In this document: piece by piece, positions 9,856 through 20,335 of the stretch | Position numbering within the stretch: the stretch's first letter is position 1 | Layout of the letters: each line of letters begins with the position of its first letter | Source of the DNA: Gemmatales bacterium | GTDB taxonomy: Bacteria; Planctomycetota; Planctomycetia; Gemmatales; HRBIN36 | Assembly: GCA_041640595.1 (NCBI GenBank) | Contig: JBEPZY010000010.1 | Location: 749-64,748, forward strand | Direction of reading: 5' to 3' | DNA length: 64,000 nucleotides | The notes under the pieces: generated by a model | What the model was told of the DNA's origin: nothing | The model's database searches: none | What the model saw: only the letters and a program-made list of their open reading frames with translations | Made by a program: the position numbers and the translations under genes

Positions 9856-11868
9856 TTATTTTTCAAAAACGATGTCGCCGGTTCCGATATTCCCAGCGGC
9901 GTCGCGAACCCGCACCAGTACCACATGCGTGCCGGTCATCAACGGCCCGACACGAAAGCGGAAGGTTTTGCTGCGTTTATCAAAGACGCCGTCGGTCGGA
10001 AACAGCGGTTGCCATTTACCACCGTCGAGCGACCAGGCGGCCTGTGTGAGACGGGTCAGGTTATCGCTCGCCTGCACGCTGATCCAGGCGGCTTCGCCTT
10101 CCCACCGTTCCAGACGCACTTCGACCTGGGGCGGCACATTATCCACAACGAAAGGAGGACTGATTCGCTCGGCCTGACGGGCTTCCGTGGGGGCATTTTC
10201 GCGGCGATCGCTGGCCACCACTTTCAGGCGATACACGCCCGACGGCACGGTCGTGCTATCCCATTCCAGTTCCGGCTTTTCCAGATCGCGGGCCAACTCG
10301 ACCCAGTGGCTCCAACCTTCTTTGCGAAAATAAACATCGTACGCCAGCTGATCCTCGTTGGGATCACTGGCCGACCACTTGAATCGTAACTTGCGTGCTG
10401 CTTCTGCTTTTGCCGATTCCGGCTGGGATTCGGTATCGTCGGGCACTTCGATGGCAGTGATTTCGGGCGGCAGGTTGACGTGCTGATAACCCAGCGACAG
10501 GCTATGCAGAATCGGCGTCTGCTGGGGCTTTTCCGTGCTCAGCGTGACCCGATACTGGACGAATCGCGCTGCTGGCACGGCAAGCGCGGCCGATTCGCTC
10601 TCGCTGATTTCTGCCGACCAGGGGCTCCAGGTGTCATCCGGCGTACTGGTGTTGCCACTGCGCAATGCGACCCGCACCTGCGTGCCGGGCGGCGTGGTGG
10701 CCAGCCAGTGTAATCGCACCAGCCGACTCAGTTGCCGCGCATCGAGCACTTCGGAAATCACGTGTCCCTGTGGGTAATAATCGGGTTGCACCACGTACAG
10801 CCGGGCAGGGTCGCCGCTGGCAAAAACCACCGAACCATCCTTCCGCCGCCACAGAGCGGGAATTTGCGGCGCTTCCAGTTGCACCAGTTTGCAGAAAAGC
10901 CCCTGCCGCAGGTCGTATTCGATAATTTGCCCCTGACCGCCCGTGGCCAGGAGCAGGCGATCGGCGTTGGCTGCCGCCAGGGCCAGGATCATTTCGCGGT
11001 CGTGGAAAATCTCCCGCACCGAGCCATCGGGAGCAATGGCATACACCACATTCTCTTTGACGGCCTGGCCGCCAACGGTCGCGTTACTGCTTGCCCCTGT
11101 GCTGGCAGTTCGTTTGAGCGGAACAGCGGTGCCGGCAAATATCGTTTCGCCCACCCGGCACAGGCTGCGAATTTCGTGCTGCGGTGCTTCGAACAAAACG
11201 CTGGCTTGCCTGCTGGCCAGATCGTAACGCAAAACCAGACCGCGTTTGGCAGTGGCGGCGTACAGGTGATGCTCGGCCAGAACTAGTGCCAGCACATGCT
11301 CCTGTCGGGTGGCATAAAGCACTTCGCTCTGACCGGAGCGAGTGATCCGCAGGATTTTGCCGTGTGGCCCGGTGCCTGCATAGAGAACGTCCTGACGCGG
11401 ATCGTAAGCCAGCGACCAGACGTAATTCTCCCCGGTTCGGGTCAGGACACGGGCGTTGCCGTCCGGTTTGATTTCCAGTACCAGTCCGCCCGGACCGGTG
11501 CCGGCGGCAATGCCACCATCCGGTAATGCGGCCAGCGAAAATATCTGCGGTTCTTCCGACTTGTACAGCAGACTGACGCGACCGGCAGCGTCCACACGGA
11601 AAATCTTTCCTTCGTTGCCGCTACCCAGGTAAAGCTGGCCCTGGGCATCTTCAACCAGACACCAGAGCTGGGCGGCCTCCAGTTCCGCCAGCCGTTTCAC
11701 CTGCCGACCCAGCCGAATTGAACCGTCACCGGCCAGCACGGTGTTGTGAAAAACTGCTTTTTCATAATGAGCCGGCTGATGCTGCCGCCAGAAGCGCATC
11801 CTGGTAGCCCACAGGGGCGGAATAAGGCATCCCAGCACCAGCAAGGTAACCATCAGCCAGCGCATCAT
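9856..11868 (-). CDS. Secreted beta-propeller protein with C-terminal Ig/FN3-like domains
   Basis: Signal peptide, repeated LYAGTG/GKI propeller blades, C-terminal beta-sandwich segments. Confidence 0.75.
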   Translation of the reverse strand: MMRWLMVTLLVLGCLIPPLWATRMRFWRQHQPAHYEKAVFHNTVLAGDGSIRLGRQVKRLAELEAAQLWCLVEDAQGQLYLGSGNEGKIFRVDAAGRVSLLYKSEEPQIFSLAALPDGGIAAGTGPGGLVLEIKPDGNARVLTRTGENYVWSLAYDPRQDVLYAGTGPHGKILRITRSGQSEVLYATRQEHVLALVLAEHHLYAATAKRGLVLRYDLASRQASVLFEAPQHEIRSLCRVGETIFAGTAVPLKRTASTGASSNATVGGQAVKENVVYAIAPDGSVREIFHDREMILALAAANADRLLLATGGQGQIIEYDLRQGLFCKLVQLEAPQIPALWRRKDGSVVFASGDPARLYVVQPDYYPQGHVISEVLDARQLSRLVRLHWLATTPPGTQVRVALRSGNTSTPDDTWSPWSAEISESESAALAVPAARFVQYRVTLSTEKPQQTPILHSLSLGYQHVNLPPEITAIEVPDDTESQPESAKAEAARKLRFKWSASDPNEDQLAYDVYFRKEGWSHWVELARDLEKPELEWDSTTVPSGVYRLKVVASDRRENAPTEARQAERISPPFVVDNVPPQVEVRLERWEGEAAWISVQASDNLTRLTQAAWSLDGGKWQPLFPTDGVFDKRSKTFRFRVGPLMTGTHVVLVRVRDAAGNIGTGDIVFEK

Positions 11869-11993
11869 TTTCGACCTCAGCGATCACGGGACATGTGTTT
11901 GCACAAGTACGCCACAATTTCCAGCTCTGCCGAGTTACTCGGCCCCTTGCGGATCCGTGTTCCGGCCACCGAGCCGCTCCACATCTGGATGCG

Positions 11994-13907
11994 TTACGGG
12001 GTCGGCAGGGGCTTTTCCTGGAAGAAAGGCTTTTGTTTGACGACGCGGAATTGCACGGATTGTTGCCCCTGCACCACCCAGGGAGTGTCGCGATGACCGA
12101 CCAGGGCCCGGCCAAAGGGAGCCACGCCGGTCTGCCGTCCCTGGTTCAACAACGCGAGCATACTCGGCGGCAAATCGGGGAACGCTTTGCCTTCGACCAC
12201 CACGCCCGAGTTCGGCAGGGAAACGCGCACGGCCAGGCGGGTTCGCTTGGCTTGAGTCTGCACCGCTAACGCTTGCAGGAGGTGTTCGACCGTGGTCGGA
12301 TTGTACAACAACGGTGACTCCCGCAGCTCCGCCCGTGCATTGCTGAGATCGTCCAGCACCTGGGCCGTGTAAGTTCCCTCCGGCAGGTCGGCGGGTAACG
12401 GCAACTCGAGTCGCAGCCGTTGTCGCGGTTGACGGTACGGTTTGAGCCAGACGTAAACGACCAGCGTTTCGCCCGGCGAGTAAACCTCGTTTTCCAGTTG
12501 CACCGCGTCAATATCGGCACTGCTGCGTCCTGGTGTCAGCGTGGTGTCACACACAATCCGGTTCAGCCGCAACTGGCCGATCGGGTTGCTGTAGAGCAGC
12601 TGGATCAGGTTCGCCACTGGCTGGTACAGACTGCCCGGAGCGCGATTGCCCCCCACACTGCTGCCCGAAAACTGATCGCGGAAAACGATGGGCGCCTGGC
12701 CCTCCAGTTCCAACCGTAGTTGCAGATGGGCGGTGAGTTCTTCCGGCAATTCTCCTTCCGCATCCACAGCGTTGGTCAAGACGGTATAAACCAGTTGCGG
12801 AGTCAAAGCCCGATGGCGAACCACCTGGCAGTGGTATGTTCGGGAAGGCCCCTCGGCACCGAAGCGCACGGTAACCTCGACCGGCAGCAGATCCGCCTTC
12901 CGCTTCAAATAGCCGGAAATGCCGGTGCTGACATCCGCATACAGCACTCCCACCGGTTCCAGCGGTGAGCCGATCTTGAAACTGATACTCTGCCGCGGAT
13001 AAATAGCGTGCACATAGCCGGTATAAAGCGGAAACTCACAACGTCCCAGCCCCAGCATGGGATGCCCAAATGCGTAGATGCGCTCTCCGACGACCTGCGT
13101 GAGCGTGCCTATCGTGTACAGACTCAGATCGCCGCTCACCAGGCTGACTGCCAGAGCCGAGCCGGGAACCAGTTCGTTCGTCGTGGCCGTGGGTTTGACA
13201 TTGCCGACCGCTCCACCCTGCACCGGTACCAGGCCATACCCGGCCACACGCTCGCCGAGTAATTGCAAAGCATGGGAGGTAAACCCGATGCCCGCTAAGG
13301 GCAATTGCAGCGGCGTGAGATGGAGAGACTCAGACGGCCTGGGATTTCCGGTGCCGTGAGCAGCTGATGCAGCGATGCCGCCCGTCTCCTGGCCGATCCA
13401 GATTTCCGTCCATGTGCGATTGCCCAGCCGCAACGGTTCCGGCAAGGGGAACCGACGCGCTTTCGCCAATCCCTCCCGGCGCTCGAACGAATCCACAAAC
13501 TCCACCATCTGCGCGAACGGAGTGATGCCGGCAATTGGCTCCTTGGCGAATGTCCAGGCATAGCTCACTGCACCGACAAGTTTCCCTTCCACATACACGG
13601 GACTGCCGCTCATTCCCGCCACCACGCCCGTGTATTCCAGATTGCAACCGCTCAGTCGTGCCAGGATCAAATCACGCCCGGGACTCACCTGCCGCAACAC
13701 CCCCAGGATTTCCACGTCAAATTTTTCCGGGCGTGTGCCCTGAAACACGCTCAAACCGTATCCCTTCATGCCGGGCTTGAGGTCTTCGACAGCCCAGAAA
13801 CCAGCGCTGTTGGCATCCGCAGAATAGGCGCAGACCACTACCAATCCTGCGAACAAAGCCGCATTCAGCAGCAAAGCCCACAACCACATTGCAAAGGTTC
13901 GCCTCAT
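11994..13907 (-). CDS. SpoIVB-like peptidase S55 domain protein
   Basis: GVVAGMSGSPVYVEGKLVGAVSY catalytic-Ser motif, AFGHP; N-terminal signal/TM segment. Confidence 0.85.
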   Translation of the reverse strand: MRRTFAMWLWALLLNAALFAGLVVVCAYSADANSAGFWAVEDLKPGMKGYGLSVFQGTRPEKFDVEILGVLRQVSPGRDLILARLSGCNLEYTGVVAGMSGSPVYVEGKLVGAVSYAWTFAKEPIAGITPFAQMVEFVDSFERREGLAKARRFPLPEPLRLGNRTWTEIWIGQETGGIAASAAHGTGNPRPSESLHLTPLQLPLAGIGFTSHALQLLGERVAGYGLVPVQGGAVGNVKPTATTNELVPGSALAVSLVSGDLSLYTIGTLTQVVGERIYAFGHPMLGLGRCEFPLYTGYVHAIYPRQSISFKIGSPLEPVGVLYADVSTGISGYLKRKADLLPVEVTVRFGAEGPSRTYHCQVVRHRALTPQLVYTVLTNAVDAEGELPEELTAHLQLRLELEGQAPIVFRDQFSGSSVGGNRAPGSLYQPVANLIQLLYSNPIGQLRLNRIVCDTTLTPGRSSADIDAVQLENEVYSPGETLVVYVWLKPYRQPRQRLRLELPLPADLPEGTYTAQVLDDLSNARAELRESPLLYNPTTVEHLLQALAVQTQAKRTRLAVRVSLPNSGVVVEGKAFPDLPPSMLALLNQGRQTGVAPFGRALVGHRDTPWVVQGQQSVQFRVVKQKPFFQEKPLPTP

Positions 13908-14357
13908 CGTTGGCCCCCCAGCTAGCACAGCCGACTGCCTGACAGCGCAATGCCAGCATTAGGCTGTATCGTATTCGCGTTGCCAATTCTTGTGCAAGTC
14001 CAAACGTCTTCCTGAACGGGAACCGCACCGGCATCTGTTGGCCGGTTCGGAATTGTTACCGACGTGCGGCGCCAGGTAGCTTGGTCGGGGAGAGCCTCCA
14101 CTTTGCTCCGTCCAATCTATTCTACGTTACGTCTGAGCCAACAGCGATAGTTTTCTGCTGCCTCCTTCAGGCACGCAACTGCGAACCAAACATCGGTAAC
14201 AGATACTGCGCGAACGTTGAACAAACAGACCCAGCGCAATTGCGAACCGAACGTCGGTAACAGCCCCCCTTTGAACCACGCGGAAGACTGACCCCGGTGT
14301 CGTTAGTCGCGTCATTTGCCGAACGTGAATCGAAAGTTTCTGCAAGCGCAATTCCCA

Positions 14358-14981
14358 AACCACGGCAGGCCGACACCCGCCGCTGTTGTGAATGGGAGTG
14401 GGTACATCGCGAGTGTGGTTATTTTCCGGGCACCAGCGTCGTGCATCACGAGCGGCTGGCGTAAGCCAGCCGTGGTGCGCCAAGCCGAATGTCCGCTGCA
14501 AAAACATATTCAATCCGAAAAAGTCGGCTCCCGTTCGGACTGTGTTACCGAACCACGGCGGGCTGACGCCCGCTGCTCTTGGTCGGATGTTCGCCAGTCG
14601 CTGCACAGTCTTCGATCCTCACAGTCCAGCGTTCGTAGCACAAAACCACGGCGGGCTTACGCCCGCCGCTCTTGTGAGCGTGCGTTTGTGCATCGCATAA
14701 GTCGCTATTTTCCGACACGCATCCACGGTGCAACACAACCAGGAGCGGGGGGCGTAAGCCCCCCGTGGTTTCGCAAACGCGATTGCACCGGAGTTCGTGA
14801 GCGCACCGATGGCAGTCTCCCGCGACTTTGCGGCAGCGTTCCTGCAAGTGCATTCCCCTAGCACCCACGGTGGGCTGACGCCCGCCGCTCTTGTGAACGT
14901 GCGTTCGTGCACCGCAAATATCGCTTTTCACTGCGAACGAACGTCGTGCATCACGAGCGGCTGGCGTAACCCAGCCGTGAC
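14358..14981. repeat. REP/REPIN-like palindrome cluster 1 (about 7 units, both orientations)
   Basis: Repeated CCACGGCGGGCT(G/T)ACGCCCGCCGCTCTTG-type hairpins near 14358, 14449, 14551, 14644, 14740, 14864 and 14954, between co-oriented genes. Confidence 0.9.
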
Positions 14982-15079
14982 AAATGAGTCGAGCTTGCAA
15001 ACGTAATACGCATATCTCGCCCATCTGCCGTCCTGGGCACCAGGAGGCGTCGCTGCAAGCCAGCCCGGCGGTGCAAGCA

Positions 15080-15892
15080 TTACGGCAGCGGAAGCAGTTC
15101 GACGCGGCGAATGAACAATTCCGCTCCTTCGGACTGAAGCTGAATCTTGCCGCGACGGTGACTGGCTTTGGTACAGGCGTTAACTACCTGGCCGTTGACC
15201 AGGATGGTGATGCTATCCCCGGCGCAAATGCATTCGACGCGGTTCCATTCCCCATGAGGCTTTTCGACATCGTTTCGGCCGCGAAAACCCTTTACGTCCT
15301 TCCAATCGGGATCGCGACCCGACCAGTTGATGCGACCGCGATCGATGGTAACCGGCTCGCCTTTGGGGTCGTAGTAAAGCTGATTGCCGACCTTGCGGAC
15401 GGTGGCGGTAACACTAGGACGGTTTTTGCCCGCCACCAGGATAATATCGCCCGTACCCCCTTCGATGATCTGGCACTCAATGGATTCCATCCAGAAACCC
15501 TTACCGCCGGGCCCACCGTCTTCGCCGACGCAGTGCAGCAAGATACCGCTATCACGAGCCGCTTTTTCCCGCGGCGGAAAAGTCTTTTCTCCCCACTTGA
15601 ACTCCACAATGAGGTGGTAATTCTCGTATTCCTTCTCCGTGGTCAGGGCCCCGAACACTTCGCCGCTGATGCGGATCATGCCATCCTGGACTGTGAATAC
15701 TCCTTTAGGATCATTGTTCTTGCCCAGGGGAGGCTGACCTTTGCCCGGCGAGCCCAGCCAGGTGTAAAAGTTGCTCAGGTCCTTGCCATTGAACAAGCGA
15801 ATCGGCTGCTTGGGCGTGATCGCTTCCTGGGCCCAACCAGCATTCACTGTGGCCGTCAGGCACAATACAAGCACGGGGAGTACTCGAGGCAT
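15080..15892 (-). CDS. DUF1080 (3-keto-disaccharide hydrolase-like) secreted protein
   Basis: LFNGKDL, RDSGIL, IECQI, GEWN and GKIQLQSEGAE motifs; signal peptide. Confidence 0.85.
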   Translation of the reverse strand: MPRVLPVLVLCLTATVNAGWAQEAITPKQPIRLFNGKDLSNFYTWLGSPGKGQPPLGKNNDPKGVFTVQDGMIRISGEVFGALTTEKEYENYHLIVEFKWGEKTFPPREKAARDSGILLHCVGEDGGPGGKGFWMESIECQIIEGGTGDIILVAGKNRPSVTATVRKVGNQLYYDPKGEPVTIDRGRINWSGRDPDWKDVKGFRGRNDVEKPHGEWNRVECICAGDSITILVNGQVVNACTKASHRRGKIQLQSEGAELFIRRVELLPLP

Positions 15893-16543
15893 GACTGTTC
15901 CTTTCTGTGGTTGCGAATGCCGCAGCACTTGTCGTGATGGTTCAGCCGGTTTTCGGCGATAGAGGCTCCGGGTCGGGTTGGCCAGCCAGCTGCTGCCGAC
16001 GTGGCGGGAATGTACACAGCATGATAGCAACTGACCGCTCGTGCGGATAGCCGCGTAACTTCCAACGGGCGAATCCGGCCAGCAATATAGCTTACGCCAA
16101 CTCGGAAAATTGCTTCATAAGCTCCCGGTCGCCGTTATATATCGGGCTAATGGAATGTAAGCAAACTATTAGCAATTCCTATCTTGCGAATCTGGCAGGT
16201 TGGTGAGCCAGCACTATAATTGCGTCAGGGGAACCTGCAAAGGCTGCGTGAAAAATCGGGGAAAGCTGGCTGGTGATTGACCGTATCGCTCAAGCGGGAG
16301 CATGACTCAATCCGACTTGACAGAGAACGCACCAGTCGGCACCATGCGGGGCAATTGCGCCGGCCACGCCTGGCTTCGATATAATGCGGTGGGACAAAGT
16401 CCATTTCCAGGAGCAACAAAATAGCGCCCGTCGGTAACCGTTGCTGGGCTTGCGGCGCATGGGGCCAGCAAATTCAGGAGTAGTCGCACACAGCCATCGG
16501 AAGCGAGTCATCCTCTAACCGCCTGCCTCGGGAAGGAGAAATC

Positions 16544-18565
16544 ATGAGCGCGATTCTCAACCGCGAAGATATCCGTGTCGCCCAGCCCGTCCGAGAAGAG
16601 CCGGAAGTTACCTTTGAATATCCCGGCATTCCCACCACCTGCGACGGTGCGGAAGCGGTCGTGCATGTGGAGACGCACATCAGTCAGGCGGCGGGAGCGT
16701 ATCCGATCACCAGTTCGACGACCATGGGCGGCGGTTTTAACGCTGCGGTGATGGACGGCAAGAAAAACCTCTGGGGCGACCCCCTCATGTTTTTCGAGCC
16801 GGAGAGCGAACACTCGGCGGCGAGCATCTGCGAAGGTTTTGCCGTAGCCGGCGGCCGCGTAACCAATTTCACCTCCGGCCAGGGACTGGTGTTGATGAAG
16901 GAAGTTCTGTACACGATTGCCGGCAAGCGGTTGCCCGTGGTCATGAACATCGGGGCCCGGGCCTTGACCAGCCAGGGACTCAACGTCCATGCCGGCCACG
17001 ATGACGTCATGTCCGTGGCTGATTGCGGCTGGGGGATGATCTTCGCCCGCAATGCTCAGGAAGCGGGTGATTTTTGCCTCATCGCCCGGCGGGTGGCCGA
17101 GGCTACCTGCGTCCCGTTTTTCAACATTCAGGATGGATTCCTCACCACGCACACGGTCGAAACCGTCCGCCTGCCGGAACCGGAGTTCATGAAGGAATAC
17201 GTCGGCGATCCGAAGGAGAAGTTGATCAACCTCATGGACCCGGCCAATCCGCTGATGTCCGGCGTGGTGCAGAACCAGGATTCGTACATGAAGGGCAAAA
17301 TCGCCCAGCGCTGGTACTACGAAAAGGTCGAGCCGGCCCTGGAAGAAGCGTTTGAGCTGTTCTATCGCAAGACCGGCCGCAAATACGGTTTCGTTGAACC
17401 TTACCGTTGCGAGGACGCCGATTACATCCTGGTCGGCATGGGTTGTTACATGGAGACAGCCAAAGCGACGGTGGACTACTTGCGGGAAAAGAAAGGGATT
17501 GCCGCCGGCGCATTGACGATTTTCGTGTTCCGCCCGTTCCCAGCACGGCACATTGTGCAGGCGCTGAAAGATTGCCTGGCCTTCACCGTGTTTGAGCGGA
17601 TGGACGACCCGTTGAGCACGACCGGCAACCATCTGACGCGGGAAATCAAGGCGGCGTTCTGCGACGCCATGCTGGGCGTCAACGGTCAGGATCGCATTCG
17701 CCGTATCCCACGCATTTACCATGGCGCTGCCGGTCTGGGCAGCCGCGATGTTCGTCCGGGCGACATCATCGCCGCCTTTGAAAACATGATGGACCCCGAT
17801 GGTGGTCGGCATTTCTTCTGCGTCGGCATCGATCATCCGCTGGCACTGAAACGCAAAGAGGATCCCGATCTGCGACCGCCCGGGGCCTTCTCCATGCGCG
17901 GTCATTCGGTCGGCGGATTCGGTTCGGTCACGACCAACAAGATCATTGCCACCATTGCCGGCAACGTCTTCGGCAAAGATGTGCAGGCCTATCCGAAATA
18001 CGGTTCGGAAAAGAAAGGCTTGCCGACCACCTATTACCTCACCATTGCCGACACGCATATCAACATCCACTGCGAACTGGAGCATGTGGATTTGCTGGTA
18101 ATCAACGATCCGACGGCGATTCTGAATCCCAACGTGCTCAAGGGCGTGGTTCCCGGCGGGGCGATTTTCATGCAGTCGCCCTACACCGATCCGCGAGAAG
18201 TGTGGCAGCGGATTCCCGAATACAATCGCCGTATCATCCGCGAACGGAAGTTGCGGGTTTATTACTGCGACATGGTCAAGATTGCCCGCGAGGTCGCTTC
18301 CGAACCGGACCTGCAGATGCGCATGCAGGGCATTGTCCTGCTCGGCGCCTTCCTGAAACTTACGCCTTATGCGAAACAGGCCAATATGTCGGACGAGCAG
18401 GTGTATGCAGGCGTCGAGAAAGCGTTGCGTAAATACTTTGGCCGACGCGGTGAGCGCGTCATTCAGGACAACATGACCTGCATCAAACGCGGCTACAACG
18501 AAATGCAGGAAATTCCCCAGGAAATCATCCACAACGAATCCCTGCTTACAGGAGCGAAAGCATGA
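16544..18565 (+). CDS. Pyruvate/2-oxoacid:ferredoxin oxidoreductase, alpha-gamma fused subunit
   Basis: AYPITSST, ESEHSAA, FTSGQGL, GFLTTH, GGFGSVT and YGSEKKG motifs; AAGGAG RBS. Confidence 0.9.
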   Translation: MSAILNREDIRVAQPVREEPEVTFEYPGIPTTCDGAEAVVHVETHISQAAGAYPITSSTTMGGGFNAAVMDGKKNLWGDPLMFFEPESEHSAASICEGFAVAGGRVTNFTSGQGLVLMKEVLYTIAGKRLPVVMNIGARALTSQGLNVHAGHDDVMSVADCGWGMIFARNAQEAGDFCLIARRVAEATCVPFFNIQDGFLTTHTVETVRLPEPEFMKEYVGDPKEKLINLMDPANPLMSGVVQNQDSYMKGKIAQRWYYEKVEPALEEAFELFYRKTGRKYGFVEPYRCEDADYILVGMGCYMETAKATVDYLREKKGIAAGALTIFVFRPFPARHIVQALKDCLAFTVFERMDDPLSTTGNHLTREIKAAFCDAMLGVNGQDRIRRIPRIYHGAAGLGSRDVRPGDIIAAFENMMDPDGGRHFFCVGIDHPLALKRKEDPDLRPPGAFSMRGHSVGGFGSVTTNKIIATIAGNVFGKDVQAYPKYGSEKKGLPTTYYLTIADTHINIHCELEHVDLLVINDPTAILNPNVLKGVVPGGAIFMQSPYTDPREVWQRIPEYNRRIIRERKLRVYYCDMVKIAREVASEPDLQMRMQGIVLLGAFLKLTPYAKQANMSDEQVYAGVEKALRKYFGRRGERVIQDNMTCIKRGYNEMQEIPQEIIHNESLLTGAKA

Positions 18566-20229
18566 GCGCGACCATAGACGGTGTGGTCAGCGATATTCGT
18601 AATCTTCCCTCGATGAACGGCCCCAAGCCCGGGGATCCGTTCGGCAACAGCACTTACGGTACGCTGGTGGATAAACCGTACCGGCTGGTGAATCTGCCGG
18701 TGCTCGATGTCGTGGACTTCAACGAGCGGATCATTCGCGGTTACGAAGAGGGCTGGGGCGAAGAGGAACTGCCCGCGGATTTGTCGGTGGCACGGTCTCT
18801 GATCCCGGCCGGCACGGCTAATCTCCGCGACTTTTCCAATATCGCTCCCGAAATTCCCGAGTACATTCCCCAGAATTGCACCGGCTGCATGGAATGCGTG
18901 ACCGAATGCCCGGACACGGCTATTCTGGGCAAGGTGATCGGCGAGGATGAGTTTGAGCGGCGTTTGCAGAGCATTCCCGAAGAAGACCGCGAAATGTTCC
19001 GCCAGCAGTGGGCCAAGACCAAAAAGTACTACGAAGGTGGCAAAAAGAAGGGTTTGCCAGGCGGGCTTTTCCAGATCATCATTGACCCGTCCAAGTGCAA
19101 GGGTTGCGCGGAGTGCGTGACCATCTGCGACGATGGCGCCTTGAAGATGGTGCAGAAGACCGACGACGTCATGCTCAAGGCGCGCAAGAGCCACCGTTAC
19201 TTCAAAAACGTCGGCCCCAGCGATCCCCGGTATATCAGCGATAACCTGCTGGTGGACATGATGCTCAAGGAAGAGACGCACATTTACGTGGGCGGGGCCG
19301 GTTCGTGCGCTGGGTGTGGCGAAGGAACGGCGTTGCGGATGCTGTGCGCGGCCACGGCGAGCAAGTATGGCGACCAGTGGGGCATTGTCGCCGCTACCGG
19401 CTGCAACACCGTGTACACCTCCACGTACCCGTACAACCCCTACCTGGTGCCGTGGACGAACTCGCTGTTTGAAAACGCTCCCGCTTATGCCATCGGTATC
19501 CGCATGCGCTGGGATCAGATGGGCTGGAAGGATAAACCGCTCTGGTGCATTGGCGGCGATGGGGCCATGTTCGACATCGGTTTCCAATCCCTGAGCCGCA
19601 TGCTTGCCAGCGGCATGAATATCAAGGTCTTCGTCCTGGACACGCAGGTTTATTCCAACACGGGCGGTCAGGCGTCCACGTCGTCGTACATGGGGCAGAA
19701 CACCAAGATGTCGGTGCATGGCAAGGTGTTGGGCGGAAAGCAGGAGAAACGCAAAGAGATCGCCCAGATTTGCATGATGCACCCGAACACTTACGTGGCG
19801 CAAACCACCTGTGCCCATTACAACCACTTCTACAAATCGGTGCTGGGGGCATTGGAATACGAAGGCCCGGCCATAGTGATTTGCTACACGACCTGCCAGC
19901 CGGAACACGGTGTTGCCGATAATCTCGCCGCCCATCAGGCGCGACTGGCCGTGGACAGCCGGGCATTCCCGCTGCTGATTTACGATCCCCGCAAAGGCGA
20001 ACGCATCCGCGAACGGCTGTCCCTGCAAGGTAACCCCGCTCCGAAAGAAGACTGGTATCGCCATCCGAAGACCGGTCAGCCAATCACGTTTATTGACTTT
20101 GCCCGCACGGAAGGCCGATTCGCCAAGCACTTCGACAAAGACGGCAATCCTTCGCCGACGCTACTGGCCGCCATGCAAGATCGCCTGGAGAACTGGCGGC
20201 TGTTGCAAGAACTTGCCGGCCTGCGCTAA
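18562..20229 (+). CDS. Pyruvate/2-oxoacid:ferredoxin oxidoreductase, ferredoxin + TPP-binding beta subunit
   Basis: Two CxxCxxCxxxC clusters, GSCAGCGE, GGDGAMFDIG...YSNTGGQ; ATGA overlap with the previous gene. Confidence 0.9.
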   Translation: MSATIDGVVSDIRNLPSMNGPKPGDPFGNSTYGTLVDKPYRLVNLPVLDVVDFNERIIRGYEEGWGEEELPADLSVARSLIPAGTANLRDFSNIAPEIPEYIPQNCTGCMECVTECPDTAILGKVIGEDEFERRLQSIPEEDREMFRQQWAKTKKYYEGGKKKGLPGGLFQIIIDPSKCKGCAECVTICDDGALKMVQKTDDVMLKARKSHRYFKNVGPSDPRYISDNLLVDMMLKEETHIYVGGAGSCAGCGEGTALRMLCAATASKYGDQWGIVAATGCNTVYTSTYPYNPYLVPWTNSLFENAPAYAIGIRMRWDQMGWKDKPLWCIGGDGAMFDIGFQSLSRMLASGMNIKVFVLDTQVYSNTGGQASTSSYMGQNTKMSVHGKVLGGKQEKRKEIAQICMMHPNTYVAQTTCAHYNHFYKSVLGALEYEGPAIVICYTTCQPEHGVADNLAAHQARLAVDSRAFPLLIYDPRKGERIRERLSLQGNPAPKEDWYRHPKTGQPITFIDFARTEGRFAKHFDKDGNPSPTLLAAMQDRLENWRLLQELAGLR

Positions 20230-20335
20230 GCTGGTTGGCCTGTGCCCGCAAACCGGTACGCTTTGTACCGACACCGGCCACGGATCACGAGCGACTGGCC
20301 ACCGAGAACTGCCTACCTGAGTCCGGAGGGCACCG

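Noticed and set aside
14127-15024. ORFs with repeated HGGLTPAAL / RAAGVSPPW peptides (also at 23.1-23.8 kb and 27.8-28.4 kb)
   Set aside because: They are translations of the DNA palindromes in several frames on both strands; conservation follows base pairing, not codons
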